Below, piece by piece: positions 43,775 through 56,919 of a stretch of DNA of 64,000 nt. Position numbers and translations under genes: made by a program. The stretch comes from Octopus sinensis (lineage: Eukaryota). The stretch lies in contig NC_043015.1 in NCBI RefSeq assembly GCF_006345805.1, positions 26,288,001 through 26,352,000 on the forward strand, read 5' to 3'. The first letter of the stretch is position 1. Each line of letters starts with the position of its first letter. The notes under the pieces are model-generated. The model ran no database searches. It had not been told where the DNA came from and saw only the letters and a program-made list of their open reading frames with translations.

Positions 43775-46700
43775 ACAACCTGTTGCATGGTCGGCTCGTC
43801 GGCGACTAAACCGGTAACCCCACCAAGCTTACTTGGTGAGGAGGGTGTTTATTGGACACCCTGCGGGATGAAAAACAAAACCCATTAAAGGGCGAAGGAA
43901 CTCTTGAGTGTCAACGGCCATCCAATAAATGTGTTTTTTTTTCTTCTTAAAGATTAAGGCTGTATCATGCGGGGGGACATAGAAATAATCGGACTGAATA
44001 CCCGATCGCGCGGTTAAACTATTGGGAGTCAAGGACTCCTAACCTTTGTTAGGGCATCCTTCTAGGAGAAGGTAACTCAGGTAACTGGGATAACTCCGAC
44101 ATAAAACCTGCGGGTCAGTGGTTACCGATGATGTTGGCTTGTTCTTCTTTTCGGATTATGGCTGCTGTTGCTTAGTGTGTGGGATTGACTCAGTGCACAG
44201 CCTCTCCTTACTTTAAAAAAAATCTTTTTGCACAGGTATCGCACGATAACTACATTGGATTGATTAAAGTGATTAAATAATTCATGACTGTTGATAGTGC
44301 TGTGAGTCTCAACTGAATGGCTGGCTGTAGCCTTAAAAAGTAAAAATCAATGATGTACCAAAACAGTATAAAAATAAATGGCAGTAAGGACTCCGGAACC
44401 ACATCGGCTGAAAGAGTCTGGCCCGGCAGGGGCTCCAGAGCATCACAATCTGAACCCAGCCGTCATCATGCTACTATGATAAAACCAAAGAAAATAATGA
44501 ATATTGGCTGTTGAAATGTACGGACACTGCTTGAACACAAGTCCTCTGAATGTCCTGAAAGAAGGACTGCGCTTGTTGCGAAGGAGCTTCAACGCTATGA
44601 TCTTGACATCGTTGCTTTTATCTGAGACGAGATTACCTGGAGATGGTCATCTTTCAGTATCTTGTGGAAAATATACATTCTTTTGGAAAGGGAGAGATGA
44701 AGAGCTTAGAGGAGAAGCTGGAGTGGCATTTGCTGTTAAGAGTACTCTTGTGGACAAGTTGGAAGAATTCCCAATCGGGATTAACGAGCGTCTTATGTCC
44801 ATGAGAATTCCTTTGGATAAAGGAAATTTTATGACCTTGGTAAGTGTGTATGCTCCAACTATGTGCTATACTGATGACGAAAAACTTTCTTTCTACCATG
44901 CTTTGAAGGGTATTATAAGAAATATCCCTCGGGCAGACAAAGTCATTGTACTTGGTGACTTTAATGCTAGAGTGAGTAGAGATTTTAACACATGGACTGT
45001 AATTGGAAAGCATGGGGTGGGGAAGTGTAATAGTAATGGTATGCTTTTGCTGCAGATGTGTGAGGAGCTGAGTCTGTGTGTTACCAATATCATGTTTCAA
45101 CAAAAGAATAAGCTTAAGACTACATGGATGCACCCTGCATCTAAAGAATGGCATATTCTGGATTACATCCTAGTTAGGGTGCGTGACAGACAGGATGTGC
45201 AGTGTGTTCGTGTTCTTCGTGGAGCTGAGTGTTGGACTGACCACCGCCTAGTACGTGCAAAAGTGAAATTAGTCACAAAACATAAAATCTGAACTACAGG
45301 GATGACCCTGCCTAAAAGACTGAATGTTGATCGTCTTAGGTATAATAGTGTGAAGAGAACTTTACGAGAGGAAATGAATGCTGCTGATATTGGGGAGGAT
45401 TGGCCGACCCTTAAAAAGTCAGTTTATGATATAGGCAAAAAAGTTCTGGGATTGATACAAAGAAAGCATCAAGATTGGTTCAAAGAAAATGATGAACACA
45501 TAGATGATTTATTGGCTGATAAAAGACGTACTTTGTCGCGCTATATATCAGCAAAGTCACAAGAAAGGGAAGTATTGCATAAGGAACTCATGGACGTAAA
45601 ATCACGTGTGAGGCAAAAGCTCTCTCAAATGAGGAGTACGTGGTGGAGTAAGAAGGCTGACGAGATACAGGCGGCATCAGATTCCAATAAGACAAAGCTC
45701 TTGTATGGTCTCTTGCAAGAAGTTTATGGACCGACATCTTCCCTGATGACACCAATTCGAAGCAGGGATGGTAAAGAACTACTTCGTGATTCACAAGGAA
45801 TTCTGCAAAGGTGGCAAGAACACTTTGATGAACTTTTGAATCAGCAGTCTGTAGTTAGTGAAGATGTTCTCAATCTCATCCCTGGATTGCCTGTGAAGGC
45901 AGCACTCGCAGAACCACCAAAGTTGGAAGAAGTTGCAATGGCTGTCTCAAGGTTGAATAATGGGAAGTCTCCGGGTATGGATGGCATACATGCGGAGTTG
46001 TTACAGCATGGTGGTGAGAAAATTCTGCAGAAACTTCACTCTTTGTTTGGTAAGATATGGACTAGTGAATCTGTACCTGAGGACTGGAGAGATGCAGTAA
46101 TGGTGGTCCTGTCTAAGGGAAAGGGCAATAGGAATGATTGTGGTAATTATAGGGGAATATCATTGCTGTCTGCTGTAGGAAAGGTTTTATGCAGGATACT
46201 TCTGGATCGTCTGCTGAAATACATTGCAGATTGTGTTCTTCCAGAAAGTCAATCTGGTTTTCGTGTGGGACGCGGCACTGCTGATATGATCTTTTCAGCT
46301 AGACAGCTTCAGGAAAAGTATGTGGAACAGGGTCTGGATTTGTATTAGGTTTTTTTTCGATCTGACAAAAGCCTTTGACACCGTCAATAGAAAAGCATTG
46401 TGGAAAGTCATCCAGAAACTTGGGTGTCATAAAAAGTTCCTTACTTTGGTTAGGTCTTTTCATGAAGACATGAATGGTAGAGTGAATATTAGAGGGAAGA
46501 TATCGGAGCCCATTTCAATACAAAATGGAGTGAAACAGGGGAATATTCTGGCACCGACCCTATTTTCAATATATTTCGCGATGGTGTTCTGTATTGCATT
46601 CAGAAACTGCAGATACGGTGTTTTCGTCCATTATCAAACCTCTGGCAGCATATTTAATATCAGGCGCCTTGCTGCAAAAACAAAGATACGAGGGACGTTC

Positions 46701-49140
46701 AATAAGTAATGCCTCTGACCCACTTGCAGTTGTTTGATCTAGCTGAAATTCTGCATGTGCAATTATTTATATCTCTATAGAGTAAGTGGCAAAATACAGA
46801 TCTGAATTAATTGTGGTTTCTGATTTACAGGTGTTTGAACCGAGTCAAGTGTGAAATGGAGCCTGTTGAGTATCGAGCAGTGATCCGGTTTTTGTATTTG
46901 AAAGGACGCACACCACGGGAGACTTTTGATGAAATAAAAGTAACTTATGGTGATGATGCCCCATCATATGACCTTGTAAAACGCTGGTATCGTGAATTCA
47001 AACATGGTCGGAACTCTGTGGAAACTGCTCCCAGTTCTGGTCGCCCCCTCCTGCCATTGATGAGGCATCTGTCCGTCAAGTTGAGGCTGCCATTTTGGAA
47101 GATCGACGCATAATTATTCGCCAAATAGCCCATGAGGTCAAGATTAGTACCGGGTCTGTGGAAACTATCATTCATGACCATTTGCATATTCAAAAGGTGT
47201 CTGCCAGATGGATTCCCAGGTTGCTCACGCCTTTCCAGAAGCAAGAACGCGTCGAGTGCTCGAGGATGAATTTGGAGATGTGCCAAGAAGATGAGTCAAA
47301 ATTTTTCAAAAGACTGATTACACAGGATGAAACCTGGGTCCATCACGATGATCCAGAGACCAAATCCCAGTCAATGCAGTGGAAGCACCGTGACTCACCC
47401 CCTCCAAAGAAGGCAAAGGTGCAGCCCTCCGCTGGCAAGGTCATGCTCACAGTCTTCTGGGACCAGGACGGAGTAGTGATGACAGACTTCCTGGCAAAGG
47501 GTACCACAATTGCAGGAGCTTATTATGCTTCACTTTTGAGGAAATTAAGAGAAGTTATCAAAATCAAGAGGCGGGGCAAGATCAGCAAAGGCATCCTCCT
47601 CCTGCAGGACAACGCTCCGGTCCACAACTCGCTTGTCGCCAGATCAGAAGCTATGAACTCCTCCCCCATCCCCCTACTTTCTTGACCTTGCACCCTCTGA
47701 TTTTCACCTCTTCCCAGTCATGAAGTTGTTTTTGAAAGGAAAGCGTTTCCCAGATGATGTAGCCTTGATTTCTGAAGTCACGTTCAGGTTGGAGGACCAA
47801 GCTGGGGTCTTCTACAAAAACGGTCTCCAGAGCTGCATCAAACAATGGGAGAAATGCGTAACTCTGAGTGGTTCCTATTGCTCTACTGCTATAGGAAGTG
47901 GGTCAGGGGCATTGCTTATTGAACGCCCCTCGTATTTACTTCTATCATAAGAGACCTTTTGTATGCTGATGATTGTGAGCTAGTAGCACACACAGAGATT
48001 GATATGCAACACATTTTGAATGCATTCTCTGATGCTTGCACTGCCTTAGGATTGACAGTCAATCTCAAGAAAACTGTTGTCATGCATCAACCTGCCCCTG
48101 GTAAGCAGTATAGTGTACCAAATGTCTGTGTGAATGGTAAACGACTTGATGTAGTCGATCAGTTTGTCTACCTTGGAAGCACTATTAATAGATATGGCAA
48201 TATGAATAATGGAGTTCCATATAGAATTAGGAAAGCAAGCGCCTCTGGAGTCGGCGAGACATATGCAGAAAGACAAAGATAAAGGTGTACAAGGCATGTG
48301 TGCTCCCTTCTCTTCTCTATGCCTGCGAGACGTGGGTCACATATCGATACCACCTTAAACATCTGGAACGTTTCCATCAGATGTGCCTCAGACGGATCTA
48401 TAGCATTAAGTGGAAGGACCGCATCAGTGATCTTGAAATACTCGAAGGCTCTCGGTGTGAAAGTATAGAAGCTCTTGTGTTAAAGAAAAGGCTCAGACGG
48501 AGTGGTCATCTGGTCAGAATGAAGGATTCAAGGATGCCAAAACAACTCTTTTATGGAGAGTTAGCTAAAGGAGAACGACCTCCACATAAACCAAAAAAGC
48601 GGTATAAGGACTTGCTGAAGGCTTCCTTAAGAGATGCTTGCATCTCTCCTGACACATGGGAAGGCATAGCTATTGATCGTAGTAAGTGGAGAAGGATTGT
48701 GCATGAGGGGACAGCCACGTTTGAGAAATCTCGAGTTGCACATGAGAAAGTAAGGAGGGATGTCAGGAAGGGCATCGCTGTTACACTTCCACAAGGGAAG
48801 GGTCTTCCTTTGATTCTGACATGCAATGTCTGTGCAAGACCCTGCCTCAGTAAAGCTGAACTCATGAGTCATCTTCGTAGTCATAAAACGAGACAGATGA
48901 GTGACAACCTGGCCACTGGTGGTGGTGGTGTAACACACCATACTAATCATATCTGTCGGGCATGTGGAAGAGAGTGTAATTCGGCAGGAGGACTTAAACG
49001 ACATGCAAAGGTACATGAAGCCCAGTTACAACTACAGACATTGTAGATCTTTAGCTGGGCTAAAAAGTCACATTCGATCACAGCGCCAGTAACAGTTAAG
49101 CTTCGCGCAATGGCCATACTCGATAACGAGGGGGCAGCCA
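43775..49140 (+). mobile_element. Near full-length RTE-clade LINE (APE-RT-C2H2), inactivated and interrupted by a mariner
   Basis: About 0.7-kb structured 5'UTR. APE (MNIGC*NVRTL, SETRL, YAPT, LGDFNARV, DYIL, TDHRLV); RT (GKSPGMDGI, NYRGISLL, QSGFR, DLTKAFD, GVKQG, YADD, FVYLGS); C-terminal C2H2 fingers. Confidence 0.93.
46689..47932 (+). mobile_element. Complete mariner (DD34D) element with frameshifted transposase
   Basis: 37-bp TIRs with 3 mismatches (cgagggacgttcaataagtaatgcctctgacccactt) and TA duplication at 46687-88 and 47933-34. ATG at 46856; WIPRLL, ITQDETW, LQDNAP, DLAPSDFHLF. Irritans/Hsmar2-like by recall. Confidence 0.96.
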
Positions 49141-49143
49141 TAT

Positions 49144-49209
<66 letters not shown>

Positions 49210-49267
49210 TATATATATATATTATATATATATATACATATAATATATATATATATGTACATATACT

Positions 49268-49305
<38 letters not shown>

Positions 49306-49315
49306 TATACATATA

Positions 49316-49357
<42 letters not shown>

Positions 49358-49404
49358 TATATGTATATATATGCATATATATACATATACTGATATATAT
49401 ATCA

Positions 49405-49442
<38 letters not shown>

Positions 49443-49515
49443 TATATATATACATACATATATATATATATCTGTATCTGTATATATATATCAGTATATG
49501 TATATATATACATAC
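49141..49515. repeat. (TA)n-rich tract at the RTE 3' end
   Basis: Direct reading. Confidence 0.9.
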
Positions 49516-49628
49516 GCGTGGGTGTGTCTTGGTGTGGCTTTGTTCGACTAAAAGCTTTCAAGGTTCTGCTCCAGCATGGATTGGAATAACTAAAAGAGAA
49601 TGTGTGTGTGTGTTTATACAGTGAGAGA

Positions 49629-49669
<41 letters not shown>

Positions 49670-49994
49670 TGAGAAGACGAAATGAAAGAGATAAGAGTCA
49701 AAGAGATTGGAAGAATAATTTTCAGGTATTTTATTGAATACGTTGATCTTTTTTATCTGCGAGAATGGCCAAACAAGAGCAATGCTGGAAAGAGCTCTTC
49801 TATTTGGGGGAGGGGATATACAAGTCGCAGTTGTTGGAATCTTCAGCGTCCTTTTAATACTTCTTATTAGATTACGACACCTTGATTGCTCCTCTACCTA
49901 CCTTTTTGTTGTTGTTCTTTTTTTCTTCTTCTTTTTCTACTACTGCTGCTACTACAACTACAACCACTAATACCACTGCTGCTGCTACTGCTAA

Positions 49995-50041
<47 letters not shown>

Positions 50042-50353
50042 TTTCTCATTCTTTCTTGATTCCTGTTCCCCACCCCGCCTTCGCTCTTTCTGAACCTTAT
50101 TCTCCTCCTCCTACCGTTTCTTCTTTCTTTCTTTCCTTCTTTCTCCTCTCTTCTCTTTCTTTATCATCACGTGATAATGATAATGAATATAATGGTGGTT
50201 ATGATGGTGAGGAGGAGAAAGACGAAGATGGAAGGGAAGGGGACGTGGTGGGTGACTGTGGCAACAGCGACGACGATCAAGCCCAATGATGGCGTATGCA
50301 ACAACAAACAACACTTAGGTTCTTAAAACTCTTGAAGCGTGAGCCAACAAGTT

Positions 50354-51043
50354 CAGTCTGCCATAATCCATTGGTATCATCAGTCAGTCTGCGATAATCC
50401 ATTGGTATCATCAGTCAGTCTGCGATAATCCATTGGTATCATCAGTCAGTCTGCGATAATCCATTGGTATCATCAGTCAGTCTGCGATAATCCATTGGTA
50501 TCATCAGTCAGTCTGCGATAATCCATTGGTATCATCAGTCAGTCTGCGATAATCCATTGGTATCATCAGTCAGTCTGCGATAATCCATTGGTATCATCAG
50601 TCAGTCTACGATAATCCATTGGTATCATCAGTCAGTCTGCGATAATCCATTGGTATCATCAGTCAGTCTGCGATAATCCATTGGTATCATCAGTCAGTCT
50701 GCGATAATCCATTGGTATCATCAGTCAGTCTGCGATAATCCATTGGTATCATCAGTCAGTCTGCGATAATCCATTGGTATCATCAGTCAGTCTGCGATAA
50801 TCCATGGTATCATCAGTCAGTCTGCGATAATCCATTGGTATCATCAGTCAGTCTGCGATAATCCATTGGTATCATCAGTCAGTCTGCGATAATCCATTGG
50901 TATCATCAGTCAGTCTGCGATAATCCATTGGTATCATCAGTCAGTCTGCGATAATCCATTGGTATCATCAGTCAGTCTGCGATAATCCATTGGTATCATC
51001 AGTCAGTCTGCGATAATCCATTGGTATCATCAGTCAGTCTGCG
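50354..51043. repeat. 31-bp minisatellite, about 22 copies (cagtcagtctgcgataatccattggtatcat)
   Basis: 21 full units from 50381 to 51030 with one substitution (about 50608) and one 1-bp deletion (about 50805), plus partial end units; no spacers. Confidence 0.97.
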
Positions 51044-51204
51044 AAGAAAAATAAACACGCACAAAAAAAGCCCAAACAATTCCTTCCATTCGTGTTTTGT
51101 TTGTACGTGAGTGTGTGTGTGTGAGCGTCCGCGTATGTGAATGCGTATATGTGTGTGTGTGTGCGTGTGAATATGTGTGTTTATGTGTATGTGTGTGTGT
51201 GTTG

Positions 51205-51241
<37 letters not shown>

Positions 51242-51631
51242 AGAGTGTGGGCTTCTTTCATTTATATTTCTCCACAATACAGAAGCGAACGGCCAATAGC
51301 AAATAACCGTTGATGATGTTATGGTTGCTGTAATATATATTTTTAAAGGCAATTTGTTTCAATGTATGTTATTTTCTTTATACTTTCATTTTATTCATTC
51401 TTTATCTTTTTCTTTGTTGTTCGCCATCTTCGTTTGGAAACCTTAGTCTCTTGTTCAGCGTGTTTTTACTGAATCTGATCTCTGCAAAATATTCTCTCTG
51501 AGACATGCCAGGAAGTTTTTGCAGAAGAGAAGCCATATTGGAATGTTGCATCTCGCCGATGGCTCTATAATAAACATTTGTAAACACTCTATTAATTGTA
51601 AATTACACTACAGAACAAATGATTTAATAGA

Positions 51632-51667
<36 letters not shown>

Positions 51668-52676
51668 GTGCGCATGCGCGTGTGTGTATATTTATGTATA
51701 AACACACACACATTTATAACTATTACTTTATAACTTTTGCTGCTGATTTTTCTTGTCAATTTCAAAGACTGAAGCCTGAAATAATGAGTTTAAAGTTCAA
51801 ATAGAATGTGTACATGCTTACCTACATATTTGTCTAGAGATATACATACGTACGTACATATACATACATACATACATACATACATAAATACAAACATACA
51901 TACATGCATACATACATACATGCATACATACATACATACATACATACATACATACATACATACATGTATGTATGTGCATATCTTGCTAATGTTAAATTTT
52001 CATTGAATAAAACGCCAAATTCAATTTCAAAGAGCGAGAGGGGATGAGAGAGACAAGGTGAAAGGCGAAGACATGAGTTCAAGAAATGCAGGAAATGGAA
52101 TTGCGATTCAGTTCAAAGTTGTCCAAAGTTTCCGTAGAGCCAAGTCACGTATCCAATTCGTTTGGTTACATACAATTTGTATGTGGAATCTATCGTCAGA
52201 TAAATTAGTATTGTTCCGTAGTTTGGTTCTCTTGTTGGTTAACTACAGCCGATTTAGTTATTCCATGATGAAAGACAAATTTACCTATGCATAGCATATG
52301 TGGTTAAAACGTTCGCGTGGTAACTACGTATGTTTCAAGTTATATCTAGCTGCATCAAGCCTGTCTTGGACAATAGGTTTTAATTGACATATATGTGAAC
52401 GTCAAGGGGGAAAGAATGAACGATGCCGCTCGAAAGAACATATCTACTATTTTTCTTGAGTTTCATTACCCAGTTTAAACATAAACTTTACCCACGTGTA
52501 TTTTTGACGGAGTTCAATCAGATGCCCAAATCCAGGCCAGGATTTCCGACTTCCCTCTTTTATGTTGCACTAATTGTCGGGTTAATAAAATCAAATGCTA
52601 GAATAAAACAAGCACAAGAGCTCTCACCAACATTTTGGTAGCGGCAGCAGCATCCGCAGCAGCAAGAGGAATAATT

Positions 52677-52718
<42 letters not shown>

Positions 52719-52776
52719 CTAGCAGTAGCGGCAGCAGCAGCAACATAATAGTAGAGTAATAATATTGAATTCATGA

Positions 52777-52990
52777 GGCGTCGTGCTGGCAGAATCGTTT
52801 ATTCTCCGAGCAAAATACTCAGCGACATTTCGCCAGTCTTTGAGTTCTAAGTTCAAATTCCTCCGAGGTTGTGTTTGTCTTTTTAAACCTTTCGGGCTCG
52901 ATGAAATATGTACCAGCTGAGCAGTGGGATCAATGTCACTGGCTTACACCCTCCCCACGAAATTATTTGCCTTGTGTTAAGATTTGAATC
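52777..52990 (+). mobile_element. Decayed tRNA-SINE copy
   Basis: Homologous to 40041-40255. Confidence 0.7.
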
Positions 52991-53009
52991 CCTTAATATT
53001 GAATTCCGA

Positions 53010-53195
53010 TTTAGGTGCAAGGCCAGTAGGCATGAGGCAAGATGGTTAATTGATGCCTTTAACCTCAGGACTTGACTGGTATTTTATCGATATCGGTGCG
53101 ACGAAAGATAAATGGTCCGAAATTTGAAATTAATACTTAGCCAGAATTACAGCAAAGCCTTTTTTGCGACGTTCTAACCATCCTGCCAATCTACA
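53010..53195 (-). mobile_element. Decayed tRNA-SINE copy, inverted relative to its neighbour
   Basis: Patchy homology to the reverse complement of the same family. Confidence 0.55.
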
Positions 53196-53416
53196 ACAAC
53201 ATTAACAATAAGAATACGATCAATAAGAAAGCATACATCCGTCCGTCCGTCCGTCCGTCCGTCCGTCCATCCATCCATCCATCGGTATCGACATATATTT
53301 AAATAGGTCGATACGTAGGTGTGTGTGTTTTCATATACATTTTCACTATGTGACAATTCTAGCGTTGCTGAAGAAGCTTTGAAGTGTGAGTATGTTTTCT
53401 TTGGCTATAATATATA

Positions 53417-53460
<44 letters not shown>

Positions 53461-53889
53461 TGTGTGTGTGCGTGCGTGTGTGCGTGTGTGTGTGAGTGAC
53501 TGATTGTGTGCACGTGTATCTGTTTAGGTATATATATTTCAGGTTTGGTATTCTATGTTATACACACCGCCTCTTTTCCTTGATTATACAAACCCTATCT
53601 CTCTCATTAGCTTCAAGTTAACCTGAGGTCGATGATTTTAGCTGTAGCTTTCATTTCGAATTAGCTTATTGACTTGACATTAGTAACAGAGTCAGCATTT
53701 TAATAGTGAAGTTTCTAGAAATAGCATCACCACTTTTGCCTTGATTAATTCCCTAACCGTGTATCTAATTAATGTACATCAGAAATTTTGAAGTGAAGCA
53801 AACCATGTATTATTTACAAGTTTCCTTTTGCATCAACTTGCTTCCGGATTTGTTATTATTGCGATGGAGTTTACAAAAGTATTTTCTAC

Positions 53890-54123
53890 CTTCCATAAAC
53901 TTCCAGGAGACCAAATTTGACAGTCGAAAACTTGTAGAGTCGCATGCTAATTGAGCAGACGGGGACAACCTCTTGCAGCCAAGTGTTACATGCAGAGTTT
54001 CAAATAAGTCCAGGGTATACACTACATATAGCAGTTTTGTACGAGCTGCTGTCAAGGATATGATCGCCATTACTGCAAATACATCTGGCCGTTGGTCTTT
54101 CTCTCTAATGAAGCCTGGCTGAC
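53890..54123 (-). CDS. Candidate 234-nt phase 1-1 coding exon of an unidentified host gene
   Basis: Acceptor gttgttgctgttgtttttcaacctcag and donor GAAG/gtagaa. 77 stop-free codons QPGFIREKDQRPDVFAVMAIISLTAARTKLLYVVYTLDLFETLHVTLGCKRLSPSAQLACDSTSFRLSNLVSWKFME in non-repetitive sequence. Confidence 0.45.
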
Positions 54124-54927
54124 CTGAGGTTGAAAAACAACAGCAACAACGACAGCAACAACTTTTAAAATATTACCATTGGTACAGATGAGAATTTCAC
54201 CCATAAACATAAACGGTGTTTGATGTTCATCTTTAAACGAAATGGTTTTCATGATTGGATCGTTTAAAATTTCAATTTTAAACCTTAAGAAAGTAAATCT
54301 AATTAAAAAGAAACTCTTATATTATTTCTGTAGCTTTTGCGTTTGTTTTTGCTGTTTGACCCCAGGCTCACTGTAAGTACACCTATGAGGAACATTTCCT
54401 CATCAATGTCTCAACTGCCTTAGATATTTCGGCACATTCCATCCAACTGTTCATCTTTTAATGAGACGGAAGGTTTAAACCGATGGAGATTTAACTGCTA
54501 TTTCTGGTTGAACGAATAATGACACAGAGTTTCTTTTTTTCTTTTTTTTTTGTCTTAAATGTATTTTTTTCATTAATGTATATAACTTATTCCGACAATG
54601 TTTTGATATTAAATCTCACTCGATTTAGAGGAGGAGAATTACAATCAATTTAAGGGGCCACATTTTTTTAAAAAGGACTTTTATAACTGATTCTGTATCG
54701 TCTAAGGATTGATGAAATGAAAGGAATTTGAATTCAACAAAGTAAAGACTTCATATCATATTCTCTGCCATTCCATCAGTTCTTCATGCCTTCGCTTAAG
54801 TCTTATCATAAAAGAACTTTTAGAGTTGTCTAAATGTCTAAGATATCTTGTAAGTGAAGTGTTTGATGCTGCAAATACAACGTAGATAGGAAGAGAGGAT
54901 CTTAATATTTTGAATCTGTCTAAGTCA

Positions 54928-55140
54928 GTGGGCTGGCAGAATCGGTAGCATGCCGAACGAAATGCTTGGAGGTGTTTCGTCCGAGTTCAGGTTCTGAGTT
55001 CAAATTCCGTCGAGTTAGACTTTTCTTTTCATCCTTTCGTGGTATATAAAATAAGAACCAGTTGAAAACCGGGTTTTATGTAGTCGACTTACCCACTACA
55101 CGGAAATTGCTGGCATTGTGCCAAAATTTGAAATCAGTAT
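54928..55140 (+). mobile_element. tRNA-SINE copy
   Basis: Homologous to 40041-40255. Confidence 0.75.
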
Positions 55141-55295
55141 TTTAAATCTGTCCACAAGTGGACAGGATAGAAATAGAAAAGCCCAGAATATGTAGTAAGT
55201 AGAGATAGACTGTACAGATGAAATCTCGGTTACTGTGGCTCCTGCGAAATCTATTAGCTAAAATCTATTATCAATATAAAGGCACCATGTGTATT

Positions 55296-55440
55296 AAGGT
55301 GGTGAGCTGGCAAAATCATTAGCACGTCGGAGAAATTGCTTAGTGGTATTTCATTGATCATTACGTCCTGAGTTCAATTACTGGGGTCGACGTAATCAAC
55401 TTAGCCCCTTCTCAAAACTTCTCAAATTTGAAATGAATAT
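55296..55440 (+). mobile_element. Internally deleted tRNA-SINE copy
   Basis: Head and tail of the family joined after gagttcaatt. Confidence 0.65.
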
Positions 55441-56173
55441 AAACATCATTTGTTAATAACTATTAATATACAAGTTAATCTTTCTTTAATAACGAAAGAG
55501 TTAACACTAATAATTCCAACTAGTTGAACACCTAACAAGAAAACGTACAGAACTTCAGAAACAATGGAATAAATACGAGTAAAAGACTGAAAGAGTTGAA
55601 ACTTGTTTGAAATATTGCGATGCGTGTAAATAATGTTAATAATAGAAACAAGTTTTGCAGAAAAGCAAGAACGAGAAATGAAACAAAATATGTAAGTTAA
55701 CGACAATAACTAAAAGCAAGGATAAAAAGATTTTCGACGGTTTTACAAAAGTTGTCTAACGCTCGGGAAATATTTCCAGTTTTTCAAATAGAAGAAAGGA
55801 AAGAATCAGAAAGTTTGAAGAAATCAGTTGTTACCAAGGCTGATGTGCTCGACAATACCGCACGGATGCGCCAAGATGCGTATCTTTTATAATGTAAGAA
55901 ATCAATACATACTAATTAAATTAGCAGTAGGTCTATACCATGGTTTTGCTTGAAACTCTGCCTGAGGCCGTTTGACTTACTTCAAATTTACAATTCAAAA
56001 TTTTGCAATTCTCTTAAAATGAAAGGCCTTAGTTTGGGAATTCTAAAAGAAACAATTACACAAAACAATGTCTCAGACATGTTGTCTGAATAACTTTTTG
56101 TTTAGAACCGCAAACATCTAAGTCTTTAATATTTCCTTACGGCACAGAGTGATTTAAAACCTCTTCAAATTCA

Positions 56174-56174
<1 letters not shown>

Positions 56175-56204
<30 letters not shown>

Positions 56205-56330
56205 CTTCTTCTTCTTCTTCTTCTTCTTCTTCTTCTTCTTCTTCTTCTTCTTCTTCTTCTTCTTCTTCTTCTTCTTCTTCTTCTTCTTCTTCTTCTTCTT
56301 CTTCTTCTTCTTCTTCTTCTTCTTCTTCTT
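56175..56330. repeat. Pure (CTT)52 / (GAA)52 microsatellite
   Basis: Direct count of 156 bp. Confidence 0.97.
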
Positions 56331-56566
56331 TAACACTACCACTACTGTGACTGTTAGGCGGAGAAATAGTAACTTTGGAGGCGGAATCGTTAACTCGCCG
56401 AACAGAATGCTAAACAGCTTTTCTTCCGGCTCTCATACTTTCCGCATGTTATAGAGTCATTTCCGAATCAGCGCATGTTTTCATCACCCATTCCTTATTT
56501 GGTATGTTTAAAGCCCTGGTGGTGAATAAGGAAATTATTATTGTCATTATTATTTGCAAGCTGCAG

Positions 56567-56745
56567 GGCTGTGATCTGGCAGAATAACTTGATTGCAGAA
56601 TTGCAAAAAAAAACCCCAAAAAACGAAAAAATATCTTGTGGTATTTCTTCTGGATCTTTATGTTCTCGCCAAGTTCAAGATTGTATTTCATGCTTCCGAG
56701 GTCAATGCCATAAAGTACCAGTGTAGTACTGGGGTTTGACGATGT
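56567..56745 (+). mobile_element. Highly decayed tRNA-SINE copy
   Basis: gatctggcagaat... head and ccagtgtagtactggggtttgacgatg tail. Confidence 0.45.
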
Positions 56746-56919
56746 CAACTAACGCTGTACTATCAAGATTGCAGGCTTTTGCCTAAATTTAAAGCTATCG
56801 TTTACTAGCTGAACAATATATAATCGACGTGTGACACTTATTTTGTTTGGGGTTTTTGGTATAAATGTTAATCGGTTGAAAGCATTTACAGAGCAAACGT
56901 TTCAGTAGTAAAAATAAAA

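Noticed and set aside
43775-44340. HDV-like ribozyme in the RTE 5'UTR
   Set aside because: Several hairpins are present (caccaag/cttggtg, agggtgt/acaccct) but I could not assemble the nested double pseudoknot by eye; it needs a descriptor search
50354-51043. Tandem array as a CRISPR array
   Set aside because: Units are contiguous with no variable spacers, there are no cas genes, and the context is eukaryotic
52300-52375. Minus-strand ttgatgc...gaaacatacgta as a hammerhead
   Set aside because: Two core mismatches, a register offset in stem II and no stem I; at best a very decayed pLTR
55500-55895. Coiled-coil-like plus-strand reading frame
   Set aside because: Several in-frame stops, inconsistent splice phases and no identifiable family
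56449-56748. Minus ORF containing YGIDLG, resembling an Hsp70/actin-fold motif
   Set aside because: It is the antisense of a decayed SINE; adjacent cttccggc ETS-like motifs at about 56425 are also SINE-derived
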